64,000 nt of DNA from Candidatus Latescibacterota bacterium (GTDB lineage: Bacteria; Latescibacterota; UBA2968; GCA-2709665), in the NCBI GenBank assembly GCA_965237675.1, contig OZ250150.1, positions 1,056,001-1,120,000 of the forward strand. Reading direction: 5' to 3'. Shown here piece by piece: positions 1-10,346 of this stretch; the stretch's first letter is position 1, and each line of letters starts with the position of its first letter. A model generated the notes under the pieces. The model did no database searches. It saw only the letters and a program-made list of their open reading frames with translations, and was not told the origin of the DNA. Both the position numbers and the translations under genes were made by a program.

Positions 1-654
1 AACATCTTCCGTTTCATCCTGGCCGGCGCGGAGGTGTCCGCGCTTCTGGGCCGGATGCCCTCGGCAGTGGGATACCAGCCCACACTGGCAACGGAAATGG
101 GCGCCCTCCAGGAACGGATCACGACCACCCGCAACGGATCCATCACGTCGGTGCAGGCCATCTACGTGCCGGCGGACGACTATACGGACCCGGGCGTGGT
201 GACCGCCTTCAGCCATCTTGACGGGCGTATCGTGCTGGAACGCGCGCTGGCGGATCAGGGGATGTATCCGGCCGTGGACCCGCTGGCATCCAGTTCGCGA
301 ATTCTCGACCCCCGCGTGGTGGGCGAGGAACACTACGAGGTTGCCCGCCGGGTGCAGCAGATTCTGCAGCGCTATCACGACCTGCGGGAAATTATCGCCA
401 TTTTGGGAATCGACGAACTGTCCGAAGAAGACAGGCTGGTGGTGGCGCGCGCGCGCAAGATCCAGGCCTTCCTGACCCAGTGTATGCACGTTGCCGAGGG
501 CTTTACAGGCATTCCAGGCGAATATGTCAAAATCGAAGACACGGTGAGGGGGTTCAAGGGGTTGGCCGAAGGCGAATACGATGATCTCCCCGAGCAGGCC
601 TTCTATCTGGTCGGGACGATTGAGCAGGCCATAGAGAAAGCAAAGACGCTTTAA
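1..654 (+). CDS. atpD: F0F1 ATP synthase subunit beta (5' part outside window)
   Basis: [41 protein letters not shown] and [11 protein letters not shown] (DELSEED) motifs. Confidence 0.99.
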   Translation, partial: NIFRFILAGAEVSALLGRMPSAVGYQPTLATEMGALQERITTTRNGSITSVQAIYVPADDYTDPGVVTAFSHLDGRIVLERALADQGMYPAVDPLASSSRILDPRVVGEEHYEVARRVQQILQRYHDLREIIAILGIDELSEEDRLVVARARKIQAFLTQCMHVAEGFTGIPGEYVKIEDTVRGFKGLAEGEYDDLPEQAFYLVGTIEQAIEKAKTL

Positions 655-680
655 GGTTCGAATTTTTGGGTGGGAATGCG

Positions 681-1085
681 ATGCCGACGTATCAACTTGA
701 GATTGTAACACCGGAAAAGACGGTTTACTCGGGCGAGGTCGAGAGCTTGCGGGCGCCGGGAACCGAAGGCGGGTTTGGTGTGCTGGCGGGGCACCATCCG
801 ATGCTGGCCGCCCTGGGCATCGGACAGATGGCCTTTTCCGAACAGGAGCAGGGATCAAAGTCCGTGGCGATCAGTGGCGGGTTCGCGGAAGTCCAGCGCG
901 ACCGCGTCACCGTACTGGCCGAAACGGCGGAATTCGTGCAGGAAATTGACGTGACTCGCGCCGAGGCCGCGAGAGACCGCGCGCGGCAAAGGCTGGCGCG
1001 AAAGCGGGATCAACAGGTCGACGAGGCACGGGCGAGGCTGGCCCTGACGCGGGCGATCAACCGGCTTCGGATCGGGGACCAATAA
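681..1085 (+). CDS. atpC: F0F1 ATP synthase subunit epsilon
   Basis: LEIVTPE, GFGVLAGHHP, ISGGFAEV motifs, C-terminal helical hairpin; directly follows atpD. Confidence 0.97.
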   Translation: MPTYQLEIVTPEKTVYSGEVESLRAPGTEGGFGVLAGHHPMLAALGIGQMAFSEQEQGSKSVAISGGFAEVQRDRVTVLAETAEFVQEIDVTRAEAARDRARQRLARKRDQQVDEARARLALTRAINRLRIGDQ

Positions 1086-1123
1086 AACGAACTGAGCAAC
1101 GTGGCGTGGGCGGCCGTTACCGT

Positions 1124-1156
1124 ATGGGTGGGTTCTGAAACCCGCCCGTTTTTATT
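1124..1156 (+). terminator. Rho-independent terminator of atp operon
   Basis: Stem ATGGGTGGGTT/AACCCGCCCGT (with G-U pairs) followed by TTTTATT. Confidence 0.7.
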
Positions 1157-1179
1157 GGCCTGCATAATTCACCAAAAAA

Positions 1180-1505
1180 GAACCTCTCCCCCCAGCCCCC
1201 TCTCCTGCGAGGAGACGGGGAGTCGAACGAAGTGGCGCGTAAACACTGTTTTTACATGCTCTGATTGATTGGAGAACGCCATCTCGTCACTTTACCAGGC
1301 GCAACTCGCCGACCAATCACGAAATTTCGCCCGGATTTTTTCATCAATCGAAACGTCTTCATCCAATCCAAACGTTCATCAGCCGATTACAGTTCCCCCT
1401 TCCTCTCAGGAAGGGGGGTAGGGGGTAGGTCTCGTCCGTTTCAAGCAATCCAAATCTAGAATTTCTTACACTTTGGGATTCACTTTCTCTATTCACTCGG
1501 AAGCT
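1180..1505 (+). repeat. ~330 bp dispersed composite repeat with CCCCCTCTCC..GGAGA.GGGG palindromes (copy 1)
   Basis: Similar inverted copy at ~50212-50545; partial copy at ~46765-46845. Confidence 0.85.
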
Positions 1506-1610
1506 GATTCTACTTCGCGAAACTGCGATCCGTGACAATTCATGATTTAGTCAGGGTAGCTTTAAGCTATCAGCATCCAGCCTCTTCATTGTATTTCCAA
1601 TGTCCGACTG

Positions 1611-1870
1611 ACCCCGGTTTCGCGTTGTCTCCCGTCTCAGGTTTTGCTTTTCGGTTGTTTGGGTTTTCGCTCTTGTTTCAAGCTGACTGCTTTCAGGCGG
1701 GCAACCACAAGGGTTGCCCCTACGAATACGAAACACGACGAGCGGCGAGACGTTTGTGGTTCGCCCCACCCCGGTTTCGCGTTGTCTCCCGTCTCAGGTT
1801 TTGCTTTTCGGTTGTTTGGGTTTTCGCTCTTGTTTCAAGCTGACTGCTGACCGCTGACAGCTGACAGCTG
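1611..1870. repeat. 81 bp direct repeat pair enclosing a GTAG-type REP, followed by GCTGACN heptamer tandem
   Basis: 1611-1691 matches 1768-1848; GGGCAACCACAAGGGTTGCCCCTAC at 1699-1723; GCTGACT-GCTGACC-GCTGACA-GCTGACA at 1839-1870. Confidence 0.85.
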
Positions 1871-1902
1871 TTTTTATTCTCACCGCTTTTGAGGATTTCG
1901 AT

Positions 1903-2655
1903 ATGTCCAATCCCACAATTGATCTGTTGCTCTCACACAGAAGTATTCGCAGGTTCGAGAATCGGCCGCTTCCCGATGGCGTCCTCGAAACACTGATCCG
2001 GTGCGGGCAGCAGGCGAGCACATCCAGCAACCTGCAGGCCTACACCGTCATTCACGTGGCGGATCCAAAGCGAAAAAAGAGACTGGCCGAACTGTGCGCC
2101 GATCAGGTGCAGATACACGAGAGCGCGGCGTTTCTGGCCTTCTGCGCGGATTTGCACCGGGACAGGATGGCCAACCGGATGCACGGGGCCGAGCGGTTCG
2201 ACGGGGACTATGCGGAGGCGTTGACGATCGCGACCGTGGACGTGGCGCTGATGATGCAAAACGTGGCCATCGCCGCGGAGTCTCTGGGATTGGGAATCTG
2301 CATGATCGGCGCGATGCGGAACAACCCGAAATCGGTGGGCAAATTGCTGGACCTGCCCCCGTATGTCGTCGCCGTGGCTGGCTTTTGCATTGGGTATCCG
2401 GCGCAGACCCCGGAAGTCAAACCGCGTTTGCCTCTGGATGCGGTCTTGCATCGCGAACGGTATCTCTGCGACGAGACGCATCGATTGGCGATGGAGGAAT
2501 ACGACGGAAACATGGTCGACTTCTATACCTCGCAGGGGATGCACGAGGGCGACCAGCGATGGACAACGGTCATGGCAGGACGCACCGGTCAGTTTCACGC
2601 CCGCGCCGAACTGGATGAATTCCTGACGGCCCAGGGTTTCCGGCTGCGCCGTTGA
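1903..2655 (+). CDS. NADPH-dependent flavin/nitroreductase (NfsA/Frp family)
   Basis: HRSIRRF, ASTSSNLQAY, AAESLGLGICMIGAMRN, KPRLPLDAVLHRERY. Confidence 0.92.
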   Translation: MSNPTIDLLLSHRSIRRFENRPLPDGVLETLIRCGQQASTSSNLQAYTVIHVADPKRKKRLAELCADQVQIHESAAFLAFCADLHRDRMANRMHGAERFDGDYAEALTIATVDVALMMQNVAIAAESLGLGICMIGAMRNNPKSVGKLLDLPPYVVAVAGFCIGYPAQTPEVKPRLPLDAVLHRERYLCDETHRLAMEEYDGNMVDFYTSQGMHEGDQRWTTVMAGRTGQFHARAELDEFLTAQGFRLRR

Positions 2656-2679
2656 AATTCCGTCCTATCTGTCTTACCC

Positions 2680-2708
2680 TTGACCTTCAGCGAGTCATTG
2701 TGTATAAA
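2680..2708 (+). promoter_or_regulatory. Putative sigma70 promoter for the MNT-HEPN-Fic cluster
   Basis: TTGACC-N17-TATAAA. Confidence 0.4.
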
Positions 2709-2851
2709 TTGAGAAACTGTTCTGATCGTGAGTAAAAAAAGTCCAAGGAGAAGCCATTCGGGAAATTTCAGGGACTACGATGCACAACGCAATTGCGGAC
2801 GCGGCTCTTCGTGGCCCGCCGGCAGTACCTCATCCGTAGAGAAGCTGAGAG

Positions 2852-3163
2852 ATGGCCAATACAGTAATAGATAGGCTTGTTGGCGAGGTTGTAAAGCTTG
2901 TAAGCCCGCTGCGAATAGTGCTTTTCGGCTCGGCGGCAAGGGAAGAATCGGGAGAGCACAGCGACATTGATCTGCTTGTCGTCATGCCGGAGGGTGCTCA
3001 CCGCCGCCTGACAGCGCAGAAACTGTACCGTGAAATCAAGGGTTTAGGCGTGCCCTTCGATATTGTCGTAGCAACCCCGCAGGATCTCGAAAAGCACAAG
3101 GATAATGACGGATTGATCTATAAAAACGCACTCAAAGAAGGCATAGAAGTATATGGACTCTGA
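2852..3163 (+). CDS. Minimal nucleotidyltransferase (MNT) antitoxin
   Basis: IVLFGSAAR...SDIDLLVV motif; ~100 aa; overlaps HEPN gene. Confidence 0.88.
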   Translation: MANTVIDRLVGEVVKLVSPLRIVLFGSAAREESGEHSDIDLLVVMPEGAHRRLTAQKLYREIKGLGVPFDIVVATPQDLEKHKDNDGLIYKNALKEGIEVYGL

Positions 3164-3550
3164 ATCTCTGGTTCCAGGGAATGCTGAGGATTGGCTACGT
3201 TACACGGGAGCGACCTGGAGCTTGCGCGTATCGAAAAACCGGAAGGAGTCTTGCTGGAGAATCTTTGTTTCCATGCCCAGCAGGCTGCAGAAAAGACACT
3301 AAAGGCAGTTCTCGTCTTTCTTGAGATTCATTATCCCACAACCCACAATATTCGAACATTGATCGATTTCTTACCTGATGGTATCGATATTCCTCAAGTG
3401 GTAGAAGACGCCGCAGCCCTGACGGACTACGCTGTCGAATCTCGATATCCTGGAAATATCGAGCCGGTCGAGGAAGAAGAATACCGGAATTCGATACATA
3501 TTGCAGAAGCAGTCCTGCGTAGGGCAGAATCACTGATCTACGAAAACTGA
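3153..3550 (+). pseudogene. HEPN domain protein, frameshifted near codon 18
   Basis: ATG at 3153 gives MDSESLVPGNAEDWLRY; adding one base at ~3206 continues GSDLELAR...CFHAQQAAEKTLKA...THNI...ESRYPG. Confidence 0.7.
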
Positions 3551-3552
3551 CC

Positions 3553-4890
3553 ATGAGCAATGTGATTGCAAACATCGATCGGCTGAAAGCGCAGTTGGAC
3601 GCATTGCGGCCGCTGCCGTCCGATGTCGTAGGACGGATCGAGCAGAAGCTCAGAATCGAGTCGAACTACCACTCCAATGCCATAGAAGGAAACAGCCTGA
3701 CCCTTGGAGAAACGAGAAGCCTGATCCTCCACGGACTCACCGCCCATGGCAAGCCCATGCGCGATCATCTGGACATCGAGGGACATGACGAAGCGGTAAA
3801 AGCGATAGAAGATGCAGTCAACAGCAAAGAAGAACTCAACGAGGTCTTCATCCGCAATCTCCATAGTTTGCTCTTGAAAAAGCCATATGAAATCGACGCA
3901 CTGACACCCGACGGACGGCCAACAAAACGACTCATAACAATTGGGGAATACAAGACGCACTCCAATAACGTCCGGACCTCAACCGGTGAGATCTACTACT
4001 TCACGCCGCCAGACCAGGTAAAGCCTGCGATGAGCGATCTCATCGACTGGTATCGACTGACCGAGAACGCAGGCGAACATCCCGTTGTCATTGCCGCCAC
4101 GTTTCACTATCGCGTTGTCCGCATTCATCCGTTTGACGACGGAAATGGGCGCATGGCTCGGCTTCTGATGAATATGATTCTGATTAAGCACGGCTACACG
4201 GTGACAATCATTCCCATACAGGAAAGAAACCGATACATTGACTCGCTGGAGCAGGCCGACAAGTCAGAAGACCTGGCCGGGTTCATCGATTACATTGCGA
4301 GCTGTTGTGACTATACCCTGAAACTCCATCTGAGAGCCGCCCATGGAGAAGATATCGAAGACGCGGAGGACATAGACAAAGAAATCGCGCTCTTTCTGAA
4401 AAAGAGCACGGGCAACACAGTCGAAGCTCGCGATTACGCCGATGAAGTGCTGTATCCGTTTTTTATGTATTGCAGGAAAAAGGTTGAACAGTTTTCAACG
4501 GTATTCGGGAGTATAGATATTTCGGGCGATGCGTTTGTAAGACAGATTGACAGCAAGAATATTCGTTTTGACCTTATGGAAGCAGAGGGCCCATTGCCTG
4601 AAGACGCGTTTTCTGTTTCCACTCGCACGAATTTCAGATTATCGGAATTTCGGGGGAACCAAAGAGAGGGAGTCTTCTTGGATATTACTAACGAAGCGGA
4701 TCCGAATGAATACCTTTGGAAATTTTCCGCAAACTTCAGCACGGATGGTCACGCAACTTCCCATCGCTATCATGTGAACCAATATGCGGGCCGAGAACTG
4801 GATCAGCTGAAGAAGATCTTTAACGACATGATACGGGGCATGATGAAAGAGCTCTCAGAGATTTCTGACGACGGCAAGGGTGAGAGATGA
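3553..4890 (+). CDS. Fic family protein (AMPylase motif) with N-terminal autoinhibitory helix and long C-terminal extension
   Basis: HPFDDGNGRMAR catalytic motif; SNAIEGN inhibitory motif. Confidence 0.92.
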   Translation: MSNVIANIDRLKAQLDALRPLPSDVVGRIEQKLRIESNYHSNAIEGNSLTLGETRSLILHGLTAHGKPMRDHLDIEGHDEAVKAIEDAVNSKEELNEVFIRNLHSLLLKKPYEIDALTPDGRPTKRLITIGEYKTHSNNVRTSTGEIYYFTPPDQVKPAMSDLIDWYRLTENAGEHPVVIAATFHYRVVRIHPFDDGNGRMARLLMNMILIKHGYTVTIIPIQERNRYIDSLEQADKSEDLAGFIDYIASCCDYTLKLHLRAAHGEDIEDAEDIDKEIALFLKKSTGNTVEARDYADEVLYPFFMYCRKKVEQFSTVFGSIDISGDAFVRQIDSKNIRFDLMEAEGPLPEDAFSVSTRTNFRLSEFRGNQREGVFLDITNEADPNEYLWKFSANFSTDGHATSHRYHVNQYAGRELDQLKKIFNDMIRGMMKELSEISDDGKGER

Positions 4891-5090
4891 AAAAAAACTC
4901 AATGACCCAAACGACAGCGCTGCGGCAAAATACGCGGAAAGTAAGGATGTTTCAATTCATGATTTTCACGTTCCAACCTGGACACCGACGCCTTTGCAAT
5001 CAATGAAGGCATGTCGCGCATAACCTGCGGTATCGGAAGTTGTACGATTTTTGTCTTTGTGTCTTCGTTGCTTAGTGTGCGTCCATTCCT

Positions 5091-5405
5091 ATGAAGCCGA
5101 AAATCTACCTCTCAAGAGAAGAGACCGCCGCCTTCTGCCGGCGCAACGGGATTAAGCGGCTGGCGCTGTTCGGCTCGGTGCTGCGTGACGACTTCACGCC
5201 CGATAGTGACGTAGATGTACTCGTGGAGTTCGAGCCGGGCCAGACGCCAGGATTGGAGTTCATTGCCATGCAGGATGAGTTGTCGGGGATATTCGGGAGG
5301 AAAGTCGGTCTTCACACCTACAGAGGGGTCGAAAACAACCCCAATTGGCTGCTTCGGGCGGAAATACTCAGCTCGGCGGAGGCGGTGTATGAACAGGCGC
5401 GATGA
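5091..5405 (+). CDS. Nucleotidyltransferase antitoxin (MntA-like)
   Basis: FCRRNGIKRLALFGSVLRDDFTPDSDVDVLVEF. Confidence 0.9.
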   Translation: MKPKIYLSREETAAFCRRNGIKRLALFGSVLRDDFTPDSDVDVLVEFEPGQTPGLEFIAMQDELSGIFGRKVGLHTYRGVENNPNWLLRAEILSSAEAVYEQAR

Positions 5406-5480
5406 CCGGGACGGTGCATCACGATCATGTGCTCAATCTCCGAGGATCAGGCGCTTCGCTCGAATTGTCCCACCCCGCCA

Positions 5481-6218
5481 TCACATGGTGGCAGCGGTCC
5501 TTGCGCCGGCGGCGGCCAGGACATAGAGAATCCAAAGTCCGAAGACGCCGATCCCCGCAAGCTTTGTCCGAATACCCGTAACGGCCGCCAGACCGACCGT
5601 AATCAACAGGTACTTCCAGACGGCAAAGACGGTGATCATGGACAGGAAGTAGTATATGTAACTCCCTTCCATGGATCCCGGCACAAGCAGACCCAGGCCG
5701 ACCTGGAATGTTGCAGAACCCGTGGCCATGGTAAGCAGCACCGTAACAATGGCGGCGGGAATGGCCACAAGTGAGCTGTAGCTCACAACAGCCAGCGTCT
5801 TTTTGAAAGTACCTTCCCCACCGAATACGAAATTCGAAAGTGCGAGGAAAATCGCCGCCTGGACATAAATGGTCACGGCCGTACCGATGGACGGAAGGAC
5901 AACGGCGCCTAAGCCCATCACCCTTTGTGCACTTTCCAGGGCCATCGCCCGCTGTTCTTCCGTAAGGGATTCATCTTTCGCAAGCTGCTCCTGCACGGCC
6001 TGCATCCCGGCCGTCTTTGCGGTGGGCATTAACAGATATGCGGAGAACATGCCGACGATTGCGATCACAATAATTGGGAGATACCAGTCCCTGTGTTCGA
6101 GATGGGCATTAACGGATGCGAATGTCCGCCCGGGCGACAACAAGGCACCGACCATGCGCCCGCCAATCCCCATTTCTTGACCGCTTTCAACGTTTCCTGA
6201 GTCTGTGGATTCCCTCAT
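5481..6218 (-). CDS. Yip1 family membrane protein
   Basis: LLSPGRTF..W..P, several TM helices, FGGEGTFKKTLAVVSYSSL; GGAGGAG RBS before ATG 6218. Confidence 0.8.
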   Translation of the reverse strand: MRESTDSGNVESGQEMGIGGRMVGALLSPGRTFASVNAHLEHRDWYLPIIVIAIVGMFSAYLLMPTAKTAGMQAVQEQLAKDESLTEEQRAMALESAQRVMGLGAVVLPSIGTAVTIYVQAAIFLALSNFVFGGEGTFKKTLAVVSYSSLVAIPAAIVTVLLTMATGSATFQVGLGLLVPGSMEGSYIYYFLSMITVFAVWKYLLITVGLAAVTGIRTKLAGIGVFGLWILYVLAAAGARTAATM

Positions 6219-6461
6219 CGTGCTCTCCTCCATTTGTGTGCGTCGTGAATAAAGGCTTGTCCTGGCGGCTGGCAACGCAGAAATCCCGCCTAATATAACC
6301 TCCGCAGCGTATATTTCAACCCGTATACCACGACCCGATACACGTCGACCGGTCCATTAGAGTGCGCGGGTAGAGGTGCTCCGGGCCTCGCCAAAAACAG
6401 GTTAGGCGTGGACGCGGCTTGACATTCGACTTAGTCTCGTGAACTGAAAGGAGTGAACAGG

Positions 6462-9439
6462 GTGTCAATTGGGAAAAAGCGAAGCCGATTCGTCAGCGCC
6501 ACGATGCGGTCGAATGCGCTGGCGAATGCCGAAAAGAACGAATGGGCGCGGAAGCATCGGGATCGCGCGGTTGCGGCGGCCGAGGAGTGGATGGGCCGCA
6601 CGAACGACGCGTTGTGGGATATGGTGACCGCACAGGAGTTACCGCGGACAGTCTACACCAACGAAGGTGTGACATACAAGGGCCAGAAGCCCTACTGTCC
6701 CGGCTGCGGGGAGGAGGCGCCTGCGAAATCGGGGCGCGAATGGTGGGAATTCGACGACGCGAGGCCGTGGAAAATTTGGTGCGAACACTGCAAGGAGGTC
6801 TATCCGAAGAATGACTTCGGGGCCTTCTACAGGACGGCCCTGGACGCGCAGGGGATGTTCCGGCGTGAGTTGGGGGACCGGTCGCTGCTTTTCAATGCCG
6901 ACCATCCCGATCCGGCCGATCCGCTGCACAAACTCTATGTCGAAGACGGATATGGCATGTTTGACGAACAAGGAAACCGGCACGATATCATCGCATACTA
7001 CAATTTCGAAGCGGTTTGGCGCCGGATCCAGCGAGGCGTTGCCTCATTGGCCAACGCGTACGCACTCACCAGCGACAGACGGTACGCCCACAAGGCGGGC
7101 GTGCTGCTGGACCGGATCGCAGACGTCTATCCCGAGATGGACTACCTTCCACTCCACGAGCTCGGTTTTCAGCACAGCCAGGGCGGTTCGGGAAGGGGCC
7201 GCATCGAAGGTTGCATCTGGGAAACCTTCGTCGCCCAGGGCCTTGTCCGGAGCTACGATATCGTCTTCGACGGACTCCAGGGCGATGATGACCTCGTCGA
7301 TTTCTGCTCGGACAAAGCCACACAATATGCCCTGGGGGACAAGAGCAATAGTGCAGCGATCTGTGGGCATATTCACGATCATCTGCTGCTGGAAGCGCTC
7401 AATTCGGTGAAGGACGGCCGGATCAGCGGAAATACGGGTATGAACCATTCCTCGCTGGCAACCGCTGCAATCGCATTGGATGACCCGGAGTTGACTCCGC
7501 TGTGGCTGGACTGGCTGTTCCACCCCGGGTTTCCCGGGGACTACTCGGCTCAGAAAGATCCGGTGCCGTGGGTGCTGACCGAGGGGCTCGACCGGGACGG
7601 CATGGGGGGTGAGTGCGGCGGTTACGGTCTCATCTGGACCCGCCACATGCAGGAACTGGTGCGGATTCTATCCGTATATCCGGAGTACACGAGACACAAT
7701 CTCGTTGCGGATTACCCGAAGCTCAAACAGGCTTTTCTCGTTGAGAGCCGGATAAACGTGCTGGATGGGATGATGCCCAATACGGGTGACAGCGGCGCCG
7801 TGGGTGCATGGGGAAGGCAGGGCGAGGCCGCGACTTACGTCCGGGCGTACATACTGTATGGGGATCCGCGTTTCACGGCCCTGGCGTGGCACGAACACGT
7901 GGCTCACGGGTCCTCCCTGCGACTGGATGACGACATTTTCCGGGAGGATCCGGACGCGCTGATCCGTGAGATACGAAAAGTCGGTCAACAGGGCTCGGGC
8001 AACCTGAAGTGCGAGCACTTCGGCAGGTACGGACAGGCGCACCTGCAAACCGGAACTCCGGAAAATGGCCGCGCCGTGTTCATCCACTACGGGCAGGGCA
8101 AGGGACACTCGCACCACGATTCTCTCAACCTGGGACTGCTGGCGAATAACGTGGCGATGATCCCGGACCTGGGCTATCCCGAATATACCGGATCCTGGCC
8201 GAAGCGACATGCATGGACGGCCAACACGATCAGCCACAATACGCTGGTGGTGGGCGATACCCGATCAGAATACAGCCCGGGCGGGCAGATCGAGTTTTTC
8301 GCGGTCGCGCCTCCCCTGCGCGTGACGCAGGTGGATGCAAATGGCGCGTACGAAGGCGTCCGGACCTACCGCCGCACCTTGCACTGGTGGACGTGGACGA
8401 GGACAACAGCTACGTTCTCGACCTGTTCCGGGCGCGGGGCGGGACGAACCACCGTCTTTCCTGGCACGGAGCCGCGGAAACGGCGCAGGTTACCGGCATT
8501 GAACTTGTCGGGCAGGAAGGCGGCACCTTCGCGGGCCCGGATGTTCCGTTCGCCACACTGGAGGGTGAGGACGCGGACTTCTACAAACAAAGCGGCTTCA
8601 CCTACCTGTACGACGTGGCACGCTCCCCCGGGGCCGTGGAGACGCCATACACCGTCGACTGGAGGATCGAAGATATCCGCGGCCGAATTCCCGAAGGCCG
8701 CGAACCCCATCTGCGCCTTCACGCGCTCACGCCCTGTGACGAAGTTGCGCTGGCGACCGGGGACTCGCCGCGTAGACTGCAGCGGCCCGGATATCTCATC
8801 CAGAGCAGGCTGGGCGACGCGTTGCAAAGCCAGTTTGTTAACGTGCTTGAGCCCTACGATACCAGGCCGTTCATCGTTCGGGTACGCGAACTGGACGTGC
8901 GACACGATGGGGATGTCGGCGCGGCAGCCGCCGTGGCCGTGGAGATGGCCGGAGGGCGCACGGATATACTGATCAGTTGCGAGGAGGCGATTCAGGTAAC
9001 GGTAGAAGGCGGGATCAAGTTCGACGGCACATTCGGAATGATCCGCCTGGTCGGGGAAGAAGTAAAGCTGATGCGGATGATCGGCGGCACGTTACTCGCA
9101 TTCGGCAGCGTTGCGCTGACGGCGGAACGCGCCGCCTGGCGAGGGAAGGTGGCACGGATCGACGCTTCCGACCCGGCGAACAATCTGGTTGACCTCGATC
9201 CACCCCTGCCGCGTGATCGCGACCTCGCCGGCCGAACCATCCATTTCATGAACGATTTGCCGATGGACACGAGTTACAGGATCGCGGCCGTCACGACCGG
9301 AGGCGTCTCAACGGGCGACATTACGATTGTCAGGGGGCTCATGAAGGGCACCGATCTCGCCAGCGGCTATACGTACCTGGTCAATCCTGGAGATGACTAC
9401 GTCCTGCCGGTGATCGCAGGGTTCGGAGGCGGGGCCTGA
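6462..9439 (+). pseudogene. Heparinase II/III-like polysaccharide lyase, split by a one-base deletion frameshift at ~8381
   Basis: HSHHDSLNLGL, DLGYPEY, NTISHNTLVV motifs; RTYRRTL continues as ALVDVDEDNSY in the next frame; RBS AAGGAG before GTG 6462. Confidence 0.8.
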
Positions 9440-9944
9440 GACATCTCACACGAAGACACGAAGCCACGGAGACACGGAGACACAAAGGGTAAAATCAGCA
9501 ATCAGCAGTAAGCTCTCAGCCGGCAGCCAAAACCGGCTAGCGATTCGGCATTGTGATATCAATTCACGGATGCCTGGTTTTCGTAGGGGCGACCGGCCGG
9601 TCGCCCTCGTTACTGGAAAAACAGCAGTCAGCCAACATCGGTTAGCGATACGGCCTGGCGATTCCAACCAGCGATATCCGCGCCATTATGTGGGCAACCA
9701 CAAGGGTTGCCCCTACAAATGCAAAGGCCGCGCGTAACACGGCGAAATCAATATCACGTATGTCCGGCTTTTGTAGGGGCGGTTCGCGAACCGCCCGCGC
9801 GGCCTTTCGCTTTAGCCCCTCATCCGCACGGTGGTGGAGAGGGGCTTTTCCACGCTATTCCGTTCAGCACCGAAGCGCCATGGGTCCGGATGCGTACGTA
9901 GGGCACAACCGTCAGTATTCGCCACTGACGAGATTCGTGGAAAA
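9189..9944 (+). repeat. Copy 1 of ~755 bp direct duplication (lyase 3' end plus repeat mosaic with three GTAG REPs)
   Basis: Closely matches 11471-12234; REPs at 9583-9607, 9692-9716, 9773-9796; CACGRAGAC nonamers at 9449-9490. Confidence 0.9.
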
Positions 9945-9947
9945 GCA

Positions 9948-10172
9948 GCCCCGCGGCGCATAAGCGGCGCCGTTCTTTAAAAAGCGGTAAGAGGTAAGAC
10001 GGCAGAAGTAAGAGGTCCACACCACGCCCCACCGGTCTTGCGCTCGCATCCGTAATCCACTTCTATTTCAATATAGTGAGAGTCCATTTGCGGGCGTCAA
10101 ATACGGAAAAGTCGTCAGCACCTCTTACGTCTCCCCTCTAACGGCTTCATGGCGAGAAAGAAAAAGGACGAA
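9948..10172 (+). repeat. Dispersed structured repeat (expanded variant)
   Basis: Similar to 54637-54870; CGGCGCCGTTCTTT ... TGGCGAGAAAGAAAAAGG ends. Confidence 0.7.
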
Positions 10173-10346
10173 GAAAAATAAAAAGCGAAAGGGAGAGGAA
10201 ATGTTGATGTCGGCCCGGAACGCGGTTCCAGGCATTATTTATCCGCGGATAGGCGACGTGCTCGACATCAGCTCCAGAGGAGAAGGGATCGCTCGCCACC
10301 GCCGATGCTCAACGTTATAGAGCTGCCCCACGAGCGTTGAAGGACG

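Noticed and set aside
3191-3550. Intact HEPN gene starting at TTG 3191
   Set aside because: Lacks the conserved N-terminal W-L helix, which is encoded in another frame from ATG 3153
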